Source: a virus
Taxonomy: Duplodnaviria > Caudoviricetes
Length of the DNA stretch: 45,754 nucleotides
IMG/VR virus record: IMGVR_UViG_3300015370_000003
Location: 1-45,754 of that record
Strand: one strand, 5' to 3'
Made by a program: the position numbers and the translations under genes. Shown piece after piece: positions 35,998 through 45,668 of the stretch. The notes under the pieces were generated by a model, which did no database searches, was not told the origin of the DNA, and saw only the letters and a program-made list of their open reading frames with translations. Positions within the stretch are counted from its first letter, which is position 1. Each line of letters begins with the position of its first letter.

Positions 35998-37944
35998 ATG
36001 GCAACAAAACCTCAATCAATGGCGGACATTGATAAAATAATACAAGAACAGAATGAACAATGGCAAAACACAATTAACAAAATAAAACCTAACCAAAGAG
36101 GCAATTTTTTAGCTGATGTTCAGTCTGGAAAAGTAACAACAATACCAGGAACAAACATAAAAGTTAGATATAAAGAAGGTAATAAAGTTAATTTGCCAAA
36201 TGGTGGATCAACAGGAGAAGCAGGAGGATATTATGTTACAACTCCTGATGGTCAAGAAAAATTGGTTTGGAGTGGTGGAGGTTCAAAAAATTACATTTTA
36301 TCAGCAATGATAACTGCTGGTTTGGGGTTAGCTGAAGGCATAGGTTTTACAGACTCTGCGGAAACACAAAGAAGACAAGTTGCTAATTATTATGGTGTTA
36401 AATATGTTTCGTGGATAGAGAGTGAAAAAAAATCAACAGTAACAGATGAAACAATGGCTGAAGATAAAGGTTTTGGTGTTTTTATTAATGCAGGAGGAAA
36501 ACCAGTTGGAGCTGAATCAGAACAACAAAAAAAAGATTTTCAAGAACTTGGGTTCAAGGAAATAACAGGAGATAATAATGCTATACAAGAAGCTATAAAA
36601 AATCCTGTTCCTCCGTCTAAAGCACAGCCTCCTGCTACGGCGACAACTTCATTAACAGAAACAACTCCCACAATAAACTTTAAAGACGGATTATCTGATG
36701 CACAAAAAAAAGGAATAAATGATTTAGTTAAAAAGCCAGTTACTGACTGGAGTTCTACTGATATAGCAAATTGGAATTATGCTACAAATAATCAAGCATT
36801 ACCAGTTCAAGGAACTGTTACAGGCAATAAAGGAATTTATAAAGGAAAAGAAGGTTTAAACTTAAATGCAAATGCTGTTAATGAATTATTTTCACAATAT
36901 CAAGGAAGAGATGCTACAAAACAAGAACTTGATTATTGGTCAAATAAAAAAGTCGGTGATTTGGAAGATACCCTTGCTAAAACTTCATTTTTTGATAAGC
37001 CGATTGCCGATAAAATAAGGGAGCAAATGATGATGCAAGGAAAAACATATATATCAAATCAGGCAGAGTTGGAAACTTTAGCTAAAAGTGGAGGTTTATC
37101 TGAAGAAGATATTACAAGAATAGGCGGTCAAACAGGAATGTTATTTGCGCCCACAGAAACAATTAACAAAATAACAAATATAGGCACAACAGGTGCAACA
37201 AATACAACAGATACAACAAATGAAACAGGAACGACAAATGCTACAGGCACTACAGGGGCTACAGGTTCAACAGGTAATGCAGAAGATGATTTAGCTGATT
37301 TTACAGCAGACATACTTGGAGATCCGAATGCCAGTGATACTGAAATTTTAGATGCTTTAAATAAAATAAAAGAGGGTCAAATTGATCCATATTATAAACA
37401 AATAATAAGCCAAGCCCAAAATGATGTTGTAACTGCTATAAATAGACAATATGAAGATAGAATAAGACAACTGCAAACTGAATCATATAATTTAGCTGAA
37501 AATATTGCTTCAACACAAAAGACATTAGAATCACGAGGAATGACATTTTCAGGTGAAGCTATAAAACAATTAGGAACATTGTCTGCTTTTGCAGCTCCAA
37601 GACCAGAAAGCGTAACACCTACACAACTTGGACAAGCGGGACAACCATTAACAATGACACCTGAACAAATGGGATTAGAGGGTGATGTTAATATGCAAAA
37701 TAGACTTTTTGCTGAAGGTTCAAGGTCTAATTTTAATAGAACTTTAGAAGATATTGGTAAAGAAGCATTAAGAACTTTAGGAACTACAGGAGTTGCAGGA
37801 TTAGGATTACCAGAACAAGCGTCTGGAACAACACCGACAACAGGAACTTTAGAATATGATTATGCAAATCAATTACAAAATACTTATCAAAACTTACAGT
37901 CGCAAAAAGATACATTAAATCAATATCAAGAAACATTTTTATAA
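35998..37944 (+). CDS. Internal virion/ejection protein (probable)
   Basis: Gln/Thr/Gly-rich; first of three large terminal genes. Confidence 0.55.
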   Translation: MATKPQSMADIDKIIQEQNEQWQNTINKIKPNQRGNFLADVQSGKVTTIPGTNIKVRYKEGNKVNLPNGGSTGEAGGYYVTTPDGQEKLVWSGGGSKNYILSAMITAGLGLAEGIGFTDSAETQRRQVANYYGVKYVSWIESEKKSTVTDETMAEDKGFGVFINAGGKPVGAESEQQKKDFQELGFKEITGDNNAIQEAIKNPVPPSKAQPPATATTSLTETTPTINFKDGLSDAQKKGINDLVKKPVTDWSSTDIANWNYATNNQALPVQGTVTGNKGIYKGKEGLNLNANAVNELFSQYQGRDATKQELDYWSNKKVGDLEDTLAKTSFFDKPIADKIREQMMMQGKTYISNQAELETLAKSGGLSEEDITRIGGQTGMLFAPTETINKITNIGTTGATNTTDTTNETGTTNATGTTGATGSTGNAEDDLADFTADILGDPNASDTEILDALNKIKEGQIDPYYKQIISQAQNDVVTAINRQYEDRIRQLQTESYNLAENIASTQKTLESRGMTFSGEAIKQLGTLSAFAAPRPESVTPTQLGQAGQPLTMTPEQMGLEGDVNMQNRLFAEGSRSNFNRTLEDIGKEALRTLGTTGVAGLGLPEQASGTTPTTGTLEYDYANQLQNTYQNLQSQKDTLNQYQETFL

Positions 37945-37952
37945 TAAAAAAT

Positions 37953-39284
37953 ATGGCAAATAGAGATTTAACAAAAGAACAGGAAGCAGTCAACCTGTTT
38001 ATACAAAATCAAGGTAAAAAACCTATTAGTTCAGAAGACTGGAAACAAATTCATACAATGGCTTACGGATCTGATTTACCTGCTGAATTAAATTCTTTAC
38101 CAATGTATTCTACGCCAACAGTAGAAAACACAGTTCCTATAACAAATGCTAAAGCTTTAAATTATATGGGTTCTGATATTTCAGATACCGCATTAAGTCA
38201 AGCTAAAACAGAGGCATCAAGTTATAATACTTCAAATTTTTTAGACAAAGTTAAAACAAGACTTCAGGAAAAATTTAAACCTGAAAGCGAAACTTTAGGA
38301 TTAGGAACTTTTGCGTCAGGACTTGGAGCGCTTGATCCGACAGGTGTTAATTTGGGAATGCAAGAGCAAAGCAATAAATTTATCAGAAATGGAAATTTAG
38401 CATTAAAAGCACTTTCAACCGCAAACGATATTTATTCTGAACAAGCGACTTTAGCAATAAATAATCTTAATTATTTAACCGGATTAAGGTCTGATTATGA
38501 TACAAAACAAAAAGAAACAGAAAATGAGTTAAAAAATTTGGCTTTATCTATTGCAGAACAAGGACAAAATGTTCCACAAGAAATATTAGATTTATTACCT
38601 AAAGACCAACAAGCGGTTTTTGCAGGTTTAGGAAAAATTTATAAAAATGCGATAGAAGAAGAAAGATCTTATGCAGAATCTTTAACTGAAAATAAAAATA
38701 ATTCTGTTATAGGAAACAAAATATATAATGACCAACCTGATAATATAATTAATTCAACTGCTAAAAATATTGCTGATGCCATAAAACAAGTAGAATCTAA
38801 TGGAAATTATAAAGCTTCTGGTGGTTCAGGAGAATATGGAGCATATCAATTTATGCCTGCTACGTGGGAAAGTTGGAAAAATCAATATTTAAAAGAAGTT
38901 TATGGGACATCAAACATGAGTTTTGGGATGACACCTGAAAATCAAGATGCAATAGCTATTTGGAAAATAAATAAACTATTAAAACAAGGTTATACTCCTG
39001 AAGAAATAGCACTTATTTGGAATCATGGAAGCGCTGAAAGAGTAAAAGGTATTAATTCTTATGGAGTAGCTTATGATAGTGGAGCTTATGCTGATAAAGT
39101 AATAGGAGCATTATCTCAAATAATGCCAAAAGAAGTGGAAAGTGTAATCAAATTTACACAAACAGAACAAAATAAATTAGCACAAGCAAATTTAATTAAT
39201 GCACCACTACAAGAACAATTAGATTATTTATATGGTAAAAAAACAAACACTTCTAAATCTTTAACTGATGATTGGGAAAGTTGA
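37953..39284 (+). CDS. Ejection protein with lytic transglycosylase (SLT-like) domain
   Basis: IKQVESNGNY...GEYGAYQFMPATW...ENQD...WNHG. Confidence 0.8.
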   Translation: MANRDLTKEQEAVNLFIQNQGKKPISSEDWKQIHTMAYGSDLPAELNSLPMYSTPTVENTVPITNAKALNYMGSDISDTALSQAKTEASSYNTSNFLDKVKTRLQEKFKPESETLGLGTFASGLGALDPTGVNLGMQEQSNKFIRNGNLALKALSTANDIYSEQATLAINNLNYLTGLRSDYDTKQKETENELKNLALSIAEQGQNVPQEILDLLPKDQQAVFAGLGKIYKNAIEEERSYAESLTENKNNSVIGNKIYNDQPDNIINSTAKNIADAIKQVESNGNYKASGGSGEYGAYQFMPATWESWKNQYLKEVYGTSNMSFGMTPENQDAIAIWKINKLLKQGYTPEEIALIWNHGSAERVKGINSYGVAYDSGAYADKVIGALSQIMPKEVESVIKFTQTEQNKLAQANLINAPLQEQLDYLYGKKTNTSKSLTDDWES

Positions 39285-39298
39285 TAAAATAAAAAAAT

Positions 39299-42200
39299 AT
39301 GTTAATAAAAACAATATACGATTCATTAAAAAACATTAAAGAAAATCCTTTAACAAATTTAATAAATGCCGCCTCTAAAGGTGTTAATTTGTATTATGAT
39401 GCAAAAGAACAAGAAAAAATAAGTAAAAAAACTGTTGCTAAAAAATTAAATGACTTATCTACAAAAATGAATAAATCTTTTGCAACTTATGATACTAAAA
39501 TAAAAGAAGCAGAGGAAAGTTTTTATCAAAATCATCCAATATATTCAATACCTAAAAAAATAAATTCTTCAATAGCTAAAAAAGGAACATCTGCTGTTAT
39601 TAATTATTTAAAAGACAGTTATAACCAATCTCAAATAGTATCTAATGCGTATAATAAATATGGAATGGATACTACAAAATATAATGAAGAAGAATTATCA
39701 GCTTTAACTAATACTTTATTAGGAGCTGAGATGACTGGTGGATTAAGTGGTGTTAGCAATAAAATAGGTCAAAAAATAGCTGAAAAAATACCACAAAAAA
39801 TGAATGCCTTAGAAAAACTTAGGAATATAAGTAAAAAAGCTGAAGAATTATCAGAAAAAAAACCAATTAAAGCAAGCGAAAAAATAAAAAATATATATTT
39901 AAATTTTCAAGAAAAATTTGTAAATAAATGGGCGAAAGTGGAAGAGTTGGAAAAAAATATTTACAAACAAGCAGGATATGATTTAAAAAATGTAGATTTA
40001 AAAGTAAAAAGTGGATTGCAATTATATGGTGGAACGCCAGGTAAAATAAAATATGATTTAGATAATTATACAAAAAAAATAGGCTATGCCTTAAAAGACA
40101 GAAAAAATTTTGATGATATATTAAAATTAAGAAGAATTGAAAGTCGTATTAAGGCTGATAAAAAAACTGGTGATTGGACAATAGAGGATGTTAATGAAGC
40201 AAAAAAACTTTTATTTGATGAATTGGGAGAAAAAAAATATACAGAACTAAATAATTCTGCAACTGCACATAATATATATTTTGATAATTTATTAAAAGAA
40301 GTAAGAGATACTGGAATAATAAGTAAGGAGTCTTATGATGTGATAAAAAAGTCTAACGATTTTTATGCCCCATTTAAAGTATTAAAAAAAATAGAAGAAG
40401 TAGAAGAAAAGCTTGTAAAAGGGCAAACTGAGTATTTAAGTTTAGGGAAACAAGATATAGTTAAATCAATAAAAGGAATAAAAGATTCTGATTTTGCAAT
40501 AGAGAATGTTTTAAACACTTCAATAGAAAAAATAGCAAACACAAGAAGAATACTAGAAAAAAATAAAGCTATAAAATCGGTTTATAATTTAAAAAACATT
40601 GAAAATGGAGAAAGTATAATAAAAAATTTAAAAAAAGGGGAAGAAATACCTCAAGATTTTGATAAAATTAGTTTTTTTAATGAAGGCGAAAAAATAGATT
40701 TTATTGTTCCGAAGGATATAGCAGATATTATGAAAAATATTGATGGTGAACAAACAAATCTTGTAGTAAATCTTTTAAGACAAGCTTCACGACCATTAAA
40801 AGCAGGCGCAACTGGAACAAACATTGTGTTTGCTGTAAGTAATTTAATCAGAGATACTATAACCGCAAAAATAGTAAGTAAGCATGGAGTTAATGTAACA
40901 GATCAATTAGCTTCTATTTTCCATTTAATTAAAAAAGATGAATTATATCAAAATTGGTTAAAATCAGGAGGTGGCTTTGAAACATTACAAAGAAGTTTAA
41001 ATAATAGTGAAAAAATAATAAAAGACCTAGAAAGAGAAGCTAAAAAGGGTGGTGTTTGGAAAAATATAAAAAATCCTATAAAAAATATTGAAGATTTTAT
41101 ATCAGCATCAGAAACAATAACAAGACTTGCTGTTTTTAAAAAAGCATTAAGAAAGGGGGAAACACTAGAAAAAGCAGCATTAGAATCAAGGGATATACAA
41201 GATTTTTCAAGAATGGGTCAGTGGATGAAAACAGCAAATGTTTTATCTGTTTATTTGAATGCGATGGTTCAAGGAACTTCAAAAATGATAAGGGCTTTTG
41301 GAGAAAGACCAATAAAAACAAGTTTAAGAACAATGAAATTAGTAACTTTACCAACAATAGGTGTATATGTTTGGAATAATAATTCTGAAGATAAAAAAAA
41401 GCAATTTGATAGAGTTCCGACATGGGAAAGAGATATGTATTATATTATTACTACTGGTAAAAAAGACGATAAAGGTGATGATTTATATTTCAAAATACCT
41501 AAACCAAGGGGTTTCCACATATTATCAGCAATAGTTGAAGATTCTTTGTCTTATGCTAAAAAAGAAGATACTCGTAGTTTTCATGATATAGTTAATTTAT
41601 TTACAGGAGAATATGTGCCTGGATTAGCTTCTTTAAATCCAGCATTAAAAATTCCAGTTGAATTAAAATCAAATTATGATTTTTTTAAAGACAGAGAAAT
41701 TGTTCCAGAATATTTAAAAAATAATTCTCCTGAAAATCAATATGATGAAAATACAAGTGAAATAGCAAAAATAGTTGGTAAACTTGTTAATTATAGCCCT
41801 ATGAAAATTGATAGTATTATAAATAGTTTAGGCGCTGGAACAGCAAACCAAATTTCAAGGTTAATAGATTATGCTGTAAAAGATGGCGATGAAGAAGCAT
41901 TAGAGGCGTTGAAAAAAACATTTAATCCTTTTAAAGGAAAAGGTTATGGTGGTTATGGTAGTTTAGCTTATAAAAAAGAAGAAAAAGAAATACAAAGTTA
42001 TGAGGAGGAGGCTTCTAATCGGTCTTTTAAAAATAGAGAAAAAGCTAAAGAAATTTATAATAAAATAAAAGACTTTCCCATGGAAGAACAAAAAAAATAT
42101 TTAGAAATGCTTGAACAAAAAGGAGAAATTGATGATGATATTTATAAAAAAATGAAGTCTATTAGGGCTGGAGAATATTTGGAAGGATTAGATTATAAAG

Positions 42201-42376
42201 TAAAACAAATACCTATTAAAGAAAGAGCAAAATATATATGGGAAAAACTACAAGACTTTAATGGTGATTCACAAAAAGAAAAAGAGTATCTTAAAACTCT
42301 TGAAGATAAAGATATATTAACATCAGGAGTAATGTCAGAATTACTTAAAATAAGAGAAAATGAAAGAGGTTATTAA
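39299..42376 (+). CDS. Large ejection/polyvalent protein (LPD38-like C-terminal region)
   Basis: NLIRD, DFSRMG, YLNAMVQG, VPTWERDMY, FKIPKP, NYDFFKDREIVP, SPMKID motifs. Confidence 0.7.
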   Translation: MLIKTIYDSLKNIKENPLTNLINAASKGVNLYYDAKEQEKISKKTVAKKLNDLSTKMNKSFATYDTKIKEAEESFYQNHPIYSIPKKINSSIAKKGTSAVINYLKDSYNQSQIVSNAYNKYGMDTTKYNEEELSALTNTLLGAEMTGGLSGVSNKIGQKIAEKIPQKMNALEKLRNISKKAEELSEKKPIKASEKIKNIYLNFQEKFVNKWAKVEELEKNIYKQAGYDLKNVDLKVKSGLQLYGGTPGKIKYDLDNYTKKIGYALKDRKNFDDILKLRRIESRIKADKKTGDWTIEDVNEAKKLLFDELGEKKYTELNNSATAHNIYFDNLLKEVRDTGIISKESYDVIKKSNDFYAPFKVLKKIEEVEEKLVKGQTEYLSLGKQDIVKSIKGIKDSDFAIENVLNTSIEKIANTRRILEKNKAIKSVYNLKNIENGESIIKNLKKGEEIPQDFDKISFFNEGEKIDFIVPKDIADIMKNIDGEQTNLVVNLLRQASRPLKAGATGTNIVFAVSNLIRDTITAKIVSKHGVNVTDQLASIFHLIKKDELYQNWLKSGGGFETLQRSLNNSEKIIKDLEREAKKGGVWKNIKNPIKNIEDFISASETITRLAVFKKALRKGETLEKAALESRDIQDFSRMGQWMKTANVLSVYLNAMVQGTSKMIRAFGERPIKTSLRTMKLVTLPTIGVYVWNNNSEDKKKQFDRVPTWERDMYYIITTGKKDDKGDDLYFKIPKPRGFHILSAIVEDSLSYAKKEDTRSFHDIVNLFTGEYVPGLASLNPALKIPVELKSNYDFFKDREIVPEYLKNNSPENQYDENTSEIAKIVGKLVNYSPMKIDSIINSLGAGTANQISRLIDYAVKDGDEEALEALKKTFNPFKGKGYGGYGSLAYKKEEKEIQSYEEEASNRSFKNREKAKEIYNKIKDFPMEEQKKYLEMLEQKGEIDDDIYKKMKSIRAGEYLEGLDYKVKQIPIKERAKYIWEKLQDFNGDSQKEKEYLKTLEDKDILTSGVMSELLKIRENERGY

Positions 42377-42564
42377 TATTGAAAATAATCACCTCTTGAC
42401 CATTCTCCAGAAGTAAGCGAATTTAAAATAAAATAAAGAAAAAAAGTGAATAATATAGCTAGTATTATATGTGATACTTCTGTATAAAACTCTTTTCTTT
42501 TATTTTTTTTATCAAGTTTTCTCCCTGGTTCACTTTCCATTCTTAGTTTTTGTAGTGCGTTCAT
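42373..42564 (-). CDS. Small membrane protein
   Basis: One hydrophobic helix. Confidence 0.55.
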   Translation of the reverse strand: MNALQKLRMESEPGRKLDKKNKRKEFYTEVSHIILAILFTFFLYFILNSLTSGEWSRGDYFQY

Positions 42565-42630
42565 ATTTTTTGCATTAAAGGTAAAATTACATGTGGTAGA
42601 ACAAAATAAAAATAAATTATAATTGTCATA

Positions 42631-42867
42631 TTATTTTTCGTTTAATACTTCTTTAATAGTTTTTCTTAGATCATCGTGGTTTATTTCTTTTGATGTTTTG
42701 CATTTAACTAAAGTAACAATATTTACTGCTACAGCGTAAAGAACGCAAATTATACCCCAACCGACAGCTGCGTCATAATCGTATTCATCGCAAAAAACAA
42801 TCATTAAAATAAAACCAAGAAAATTTAGAACAAGTCCGATAATGGATAAAACTTTTAGTGTTTTCAT
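42631..42867 (-). CDS. Small two-TM membrane protein (possible superinfection exclusion)
   Basis: Two hydrophobic helices; has its own leftward promoter. Confidence 0.6.
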   Translation of the reverse strand: MKTLKVLSIIGLVLNFLGFILMIVFCDEYDYDAAVGWGIICVLYAVAVNIVTLVKCKTSKEINHDDLRKTIKEVLNEK

Positions 42868-42974
42868 ATTTTTTAATTAATTTATACAAAAAATTCGTCT
42901 TTGATATAAGCTCACTTTGGCAGAAAACTTATAAGCAAAAACGAATTATCTGTGCCAAAGTGATTTATATATAC

Positions 42975-43035
42975 ATCATAGCAAAACTTATCCACAATGT
43001 CAAGCATTGCAACTTTCATAGAAACGGCGTATAAT
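42975..43035. promoter_or_regulatory. Back-to-back divergent sigma70 promoters with a DnaA box
   Basis: Minus: TTGACA(43003-42998)-17-TATGAT(42980-42975), with TTATCCACA at 42988-42996 in the spacer. Plus: TTGCAA(43007-43012)-17-TATAAT(43030-43035). Confidence 0.8.
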
Positions 43036-43041
43036 ATAATC

Positions 43042-43110
43042 AGGTTAAGAATTTTTTCATACATTTTTCGGAAAGGAAGTTTGCCACGCTCGGTGGCGGC
43101 TTCCTTTTTG
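43042..43110 (+). ncRNA. Putative ~70-nt small RNA with intrinsic terminator
   Basis: Starts after the 43007-43035 promoter; ends AAAGGAAG..GCCAC..GTGGC..CTTCCTTTTT; no ORF. Confidence 0.6.
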
Positions 43111-43269
43111 TTTGTGCTATAAAACGCTCAAAATTGACCGTAGCGAAGCGTGATACCCGTGGCGCGAATAATGTGATAAACAAGTAGTATACTTACAAGG
43201 ATTATAGCTTATAAGTATATTACTGATGATTATATTGAAATATAATCGTTTTTTTGTTGTAATATAAAT

Positions 43270-43422
43270 ATGACATTACCAGCATATAAAAACGGAAAAG
43301 AAACTTATGTGTTAAATCCGACAACAGGAGTGGCTTATGTGATTAAAGACGATAAAATCATAGGCAAGAAAAGAAAAGTGAAATATGAAAAAATTAATTC
43401 CACAGTCAAAGAAACTTATTGA
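43270..43422 (+). CDS. Small hypothetical protein (50 aa)
   Basis: Manual translation MTLPAYKNGKETYVLNP... Confidence 0.4.
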   Translation: MTLPAYKNGKETYVLNPTTGVAYVIKDDKIIGKKRKVKYEKINSTVKETY

Positions 43423-43537
43423 CGAAATGGTTAAAGCCGGCTTTCCCATTTGTTTATCCAAAGGCGATTGGTCTGGCGATCATTTAAGACATTGCAATTC
43501 TTGCATTAAATTTTATAAAAAACAAAGTGTTAAGTAA
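43385..43537 (+). CDS. Small hypothetical protein (50 aa) with C...H..HCxxC
   Basis: Manual translation MKKLIPQSKK...HLRHCNSC. Confidence 0.45.
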   Translation: MKKLIPQSKKLIDEMVKAGFPICLSKGDWSGDHLRHCNSCIKFYKKQSVK

Positions 43538-43545
43538 AGTTAAGT

Positions 43546-43608
43546 TACCGAGTAATACTCGGTATGTGCATAATTTTTCTTGACACGACTTTAAATGTTT
43601 GGTATAGT
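43546..43608 (+). promoter_or_regulatory. Replication-operon promoter with operator-like palindrome and DnaA-box variant
   Basis: TACCGAGTA-A-TACTCGGTA (43546-43564); TGTGCATAA (43565-43573); TTGACA(43580-43585)-17-TATAGT(43603-43608). Confidence 0.75.
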
Positions 43609-43731
43609 GAATATGTAAGCAATTTGCTTGCGAACGGAGAACTATCAAAAAAGACTTTGATTGGTGGGTAACGAGTAGGCTTCGGCTGAAAGTTATTCTC
43701 CGTTCAAAGTCTTTTTTTATTATTATTAGGT

Positions 43732-44211
43732 ATGAATATCGAAGAAAGCTTTGACTTTGAATTTAAGATAGAGAAAGAAAATAAAGTTTTTATTTATTTT
43801 CTTTTTAATAATGAAAGTTTGGTTTATATAGGTAAAACTATAAATGGTTTTAGTAGACCTTTCTCTCATTATGATAAAATTTTTAACAAAATTAAAGTTA
43901 TTTTTTGTAAAAAAGATGAATTAGATTTATTAGAAACGAAATATATTTGTAAATATAAACCCCAATATAATAGGGCGATCTATGAATATATAAGTTTAGA
44001 AAATATTAAAGAAAAAAAATTAAAACCAATGAGAATAAAAACAACTTGCAGTGAACTTTCAAAATTAATGAAAGAGTTGGATATAGAAATTTTAAATTAT
44101 AATGGTAAATGTGTAATTAAAAAAGAATTTTTATATAAAATAATTGAATATGCAAATAATTTTATAAAAAATAATAAACAAAAAAACTATGGCACAAAGA
44201 AGAATGTTTAG
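43732..44211 (+). CDS. GIY-YIG-like nuclease domain protein
   Basis: FIYFL...VYIGKT...R...H...LETKYICKYKPQYN. Confidence 0.7.
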   Translation: MNIEESFDFEFKIEKENKVFIYFLFNNESLVYIGKTINGFSRPFSHYDKIFNKIKVIFCKKDELDLLETKYICKYKPQYNRAIYEYISLENIKEKKLKPMRIKTTCSELSKLMKELDIEILNYNGKCVIKKEFLYKIIEYANNFIKNNKQKNYGTKKNV

Positions 44212-44962
44212 TTTAAAGGTTGTTGATACAGACGAGTTTTTAGATATGGGTCAAGGTTCGCAACTTTTATATTTTCATCTTGCTATGAGAGCAGATGATG
44301 ACGGTTTTGTTAATTGTCCGAAAAAAATACTTAGGTTTGCTGGTGCAAAAGATGATGATTTCAAAGTTTTAGTCGCAAAACAATTTATTATACCATTTCA
44401 AAACGGTGTAATAGTTATAAGACACTGGAAAGAGAATAATTATATACAATCAGACAGAAAACAAAAAACAATTTATCAAGAAGAATTGGCTAAATTAAGC
44501 GAAGATAACAACGGTGTATACAATTTGGATACAGAATGTATACAAAATGTATCCAATTTGGATACAGAATGTATACAAAATGTATCCAATTTGGATACAC
44601 AGGTTAGGATAGGAAAGGATAGGATAGGAAAGGATAGGATAGGAAAGAATAATTGCGAAAATAAAATTTTCGCGGGTTCTGATATAAATAAAATTTTAGA
44701 TATTTTTTATAAAATTAATCCGAATATTAAGTTTAACAATTTAACAGAACGAAAAGCCACAGAGCAATTAATACAAATAATCGGAGATACCGAACAGACA
44801 ATATCTGTTCTTAATTGGTATTTTTCAGTATATACAGAGGAGTTTTGCCCGATAGCAACAACGCCAGCAATGTTTTTAAGGAAAATAAGCCAAATAAAAC
44901 TTTTCGCACAAAAAAAACGACAAAATAACATAAATACTGAAAATAAATTTATACAATTATGA
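44189..44962 (+). CDS. Phage replication initiator (replisome organizer)
   Basis: MAQRRMFS...FLDM...QLLYFHL...ADDDGF...IRHW..NN; internal iterons. Confidence 0.88.
   Translation: MAQRRMFSLKVVDTDEFLDMGQGSQLLYFHLAMRADDDGFVNCPKKILRFAGAKDDDFKVLVAKQFIIPFQNGVIVIRHWKENNYIQSDRKQKTIYQEELAKLSEDNNGVYNLDTECIQNVSNLDTECIQNVSNLDTQVRIGKDRIGKDRIGKNNCENKIFAGSDINKILDIFYKINPNIKFNNLTERKATEQLIQIIGDTEQTISVLNWYFSVYTEEFCPIATTPAMFLRKISQIKLFAQKKRQNNINTENKFIQL
44515..44647. repeat. Iteron-type replication origin within the initiator gene
   Basis: 33-bp unit CAATTTGGATACAGAATGTATACAAAATGTATC about 2.4 copies (44521-44599), followed by purine-rich TAGGATAGGAAAGGA repeats. Confidence 0.8.
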
Positions 44963-45264
44963 ACAAACTAACAAAAAAACAAATGTGCCTTGTAATGCGT
45001 AATGGAATTGAAATTTTAATTGATGAAGACAAAACTGAAAATTTTAAAAAAATTCTATTAAACACAAAGGAACACAAATTTATCGGCATTGATGAAAATA
45101 TTATTAATACCGCTGATTTATCTGGTCTTTTTAGTCCTTTGGTAATGGAAGAAAAAATAAGAAGAAAACGAGGCGAATTTAAGTGTGCTTGGGGTAAATG
45201 GCACGTAACCGAAGATGATTGTAATTGCCGAGCTGAGGAATTGCGAAAAAAATATATGGACTAA
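44959..45264 (+). CDS. Hypothetical protein after the initiator, C-terminal C..H..CxC
   Basis: ATGA overlap with the initiator. Confidence 0.65.
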   Translation: MNKLTKKQMCLVMRNGIEILIDEDKTENFKKILLNTKEHKFIGIDENIINTADLSGLFSPLVMEEKIRRKRGEFKCAWGKWHVTEDDCNCRAEELRKKYMD

Positions 45265-45281
45265 TAATAATTTATAAAAAT

Positions 45282-45668
45282 ATGGAAAAACAATTTTTCA
45301 CTTCATCAACAGAAAAAGAACAAAACGATTTTTGGCGAAAACAAATTAAATTTTACAAAAAAACTTATTCAAAAGAAATTGTAAGGTGTGAGGCTTTGGG
45401 ATCATTAATGTTTTATTGGGAAAAACAAATGTTAATTGAAAATCAATGTATTGGCAAAAAAGGAATATTGCTTGACGGTTTTATAGTATATGAAGAAAAC
45501 AAGTCCGGAGGATATAGTCAAATTTACAAAGGATTTGAAAAAGACAAAGCAATAAGAGCAAAAAATGAAACAAAAAACTCTGTTTTGCGCGAAATACCAA
45601 TAATATACCAAAGTTATTTTGATTATTTGGAAAGGAAAAAACAAGCCGAACAAATAAATAATATATAA
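45282..45668 (+). CDS. Hypothetical protein
   Basis: ORF directly upstream of the MTase across the circular join. Confidence 0.6.
   Translation: MEKQFFTSSTEKEQNDFWRKQIKFYKKTYSKEIVRCEALGSLMFYWEKQMLIENQCIGKKGILLDGFIVYEENKSGGYSQIYKGFEKDKAIRAKNETKNSVLREIPIIYQSYFDYLERKKQAEQINNI

Noticed and set aside
43120-43170. ssi/sso-like priming signal (AAAACGCTCAAAATTGACCGTAGCGAAGCG; similar tract near 15570-15605)
   Set aside because: Only a loose resemblance; I could not define a convincing hairpin or consensus.
44515-44647. CRISPR-like 33-bp palindromic repeats
   Set aside because: Tandem without spacers and inside the initiator gene, which is the usual iteron-origin arrangement.
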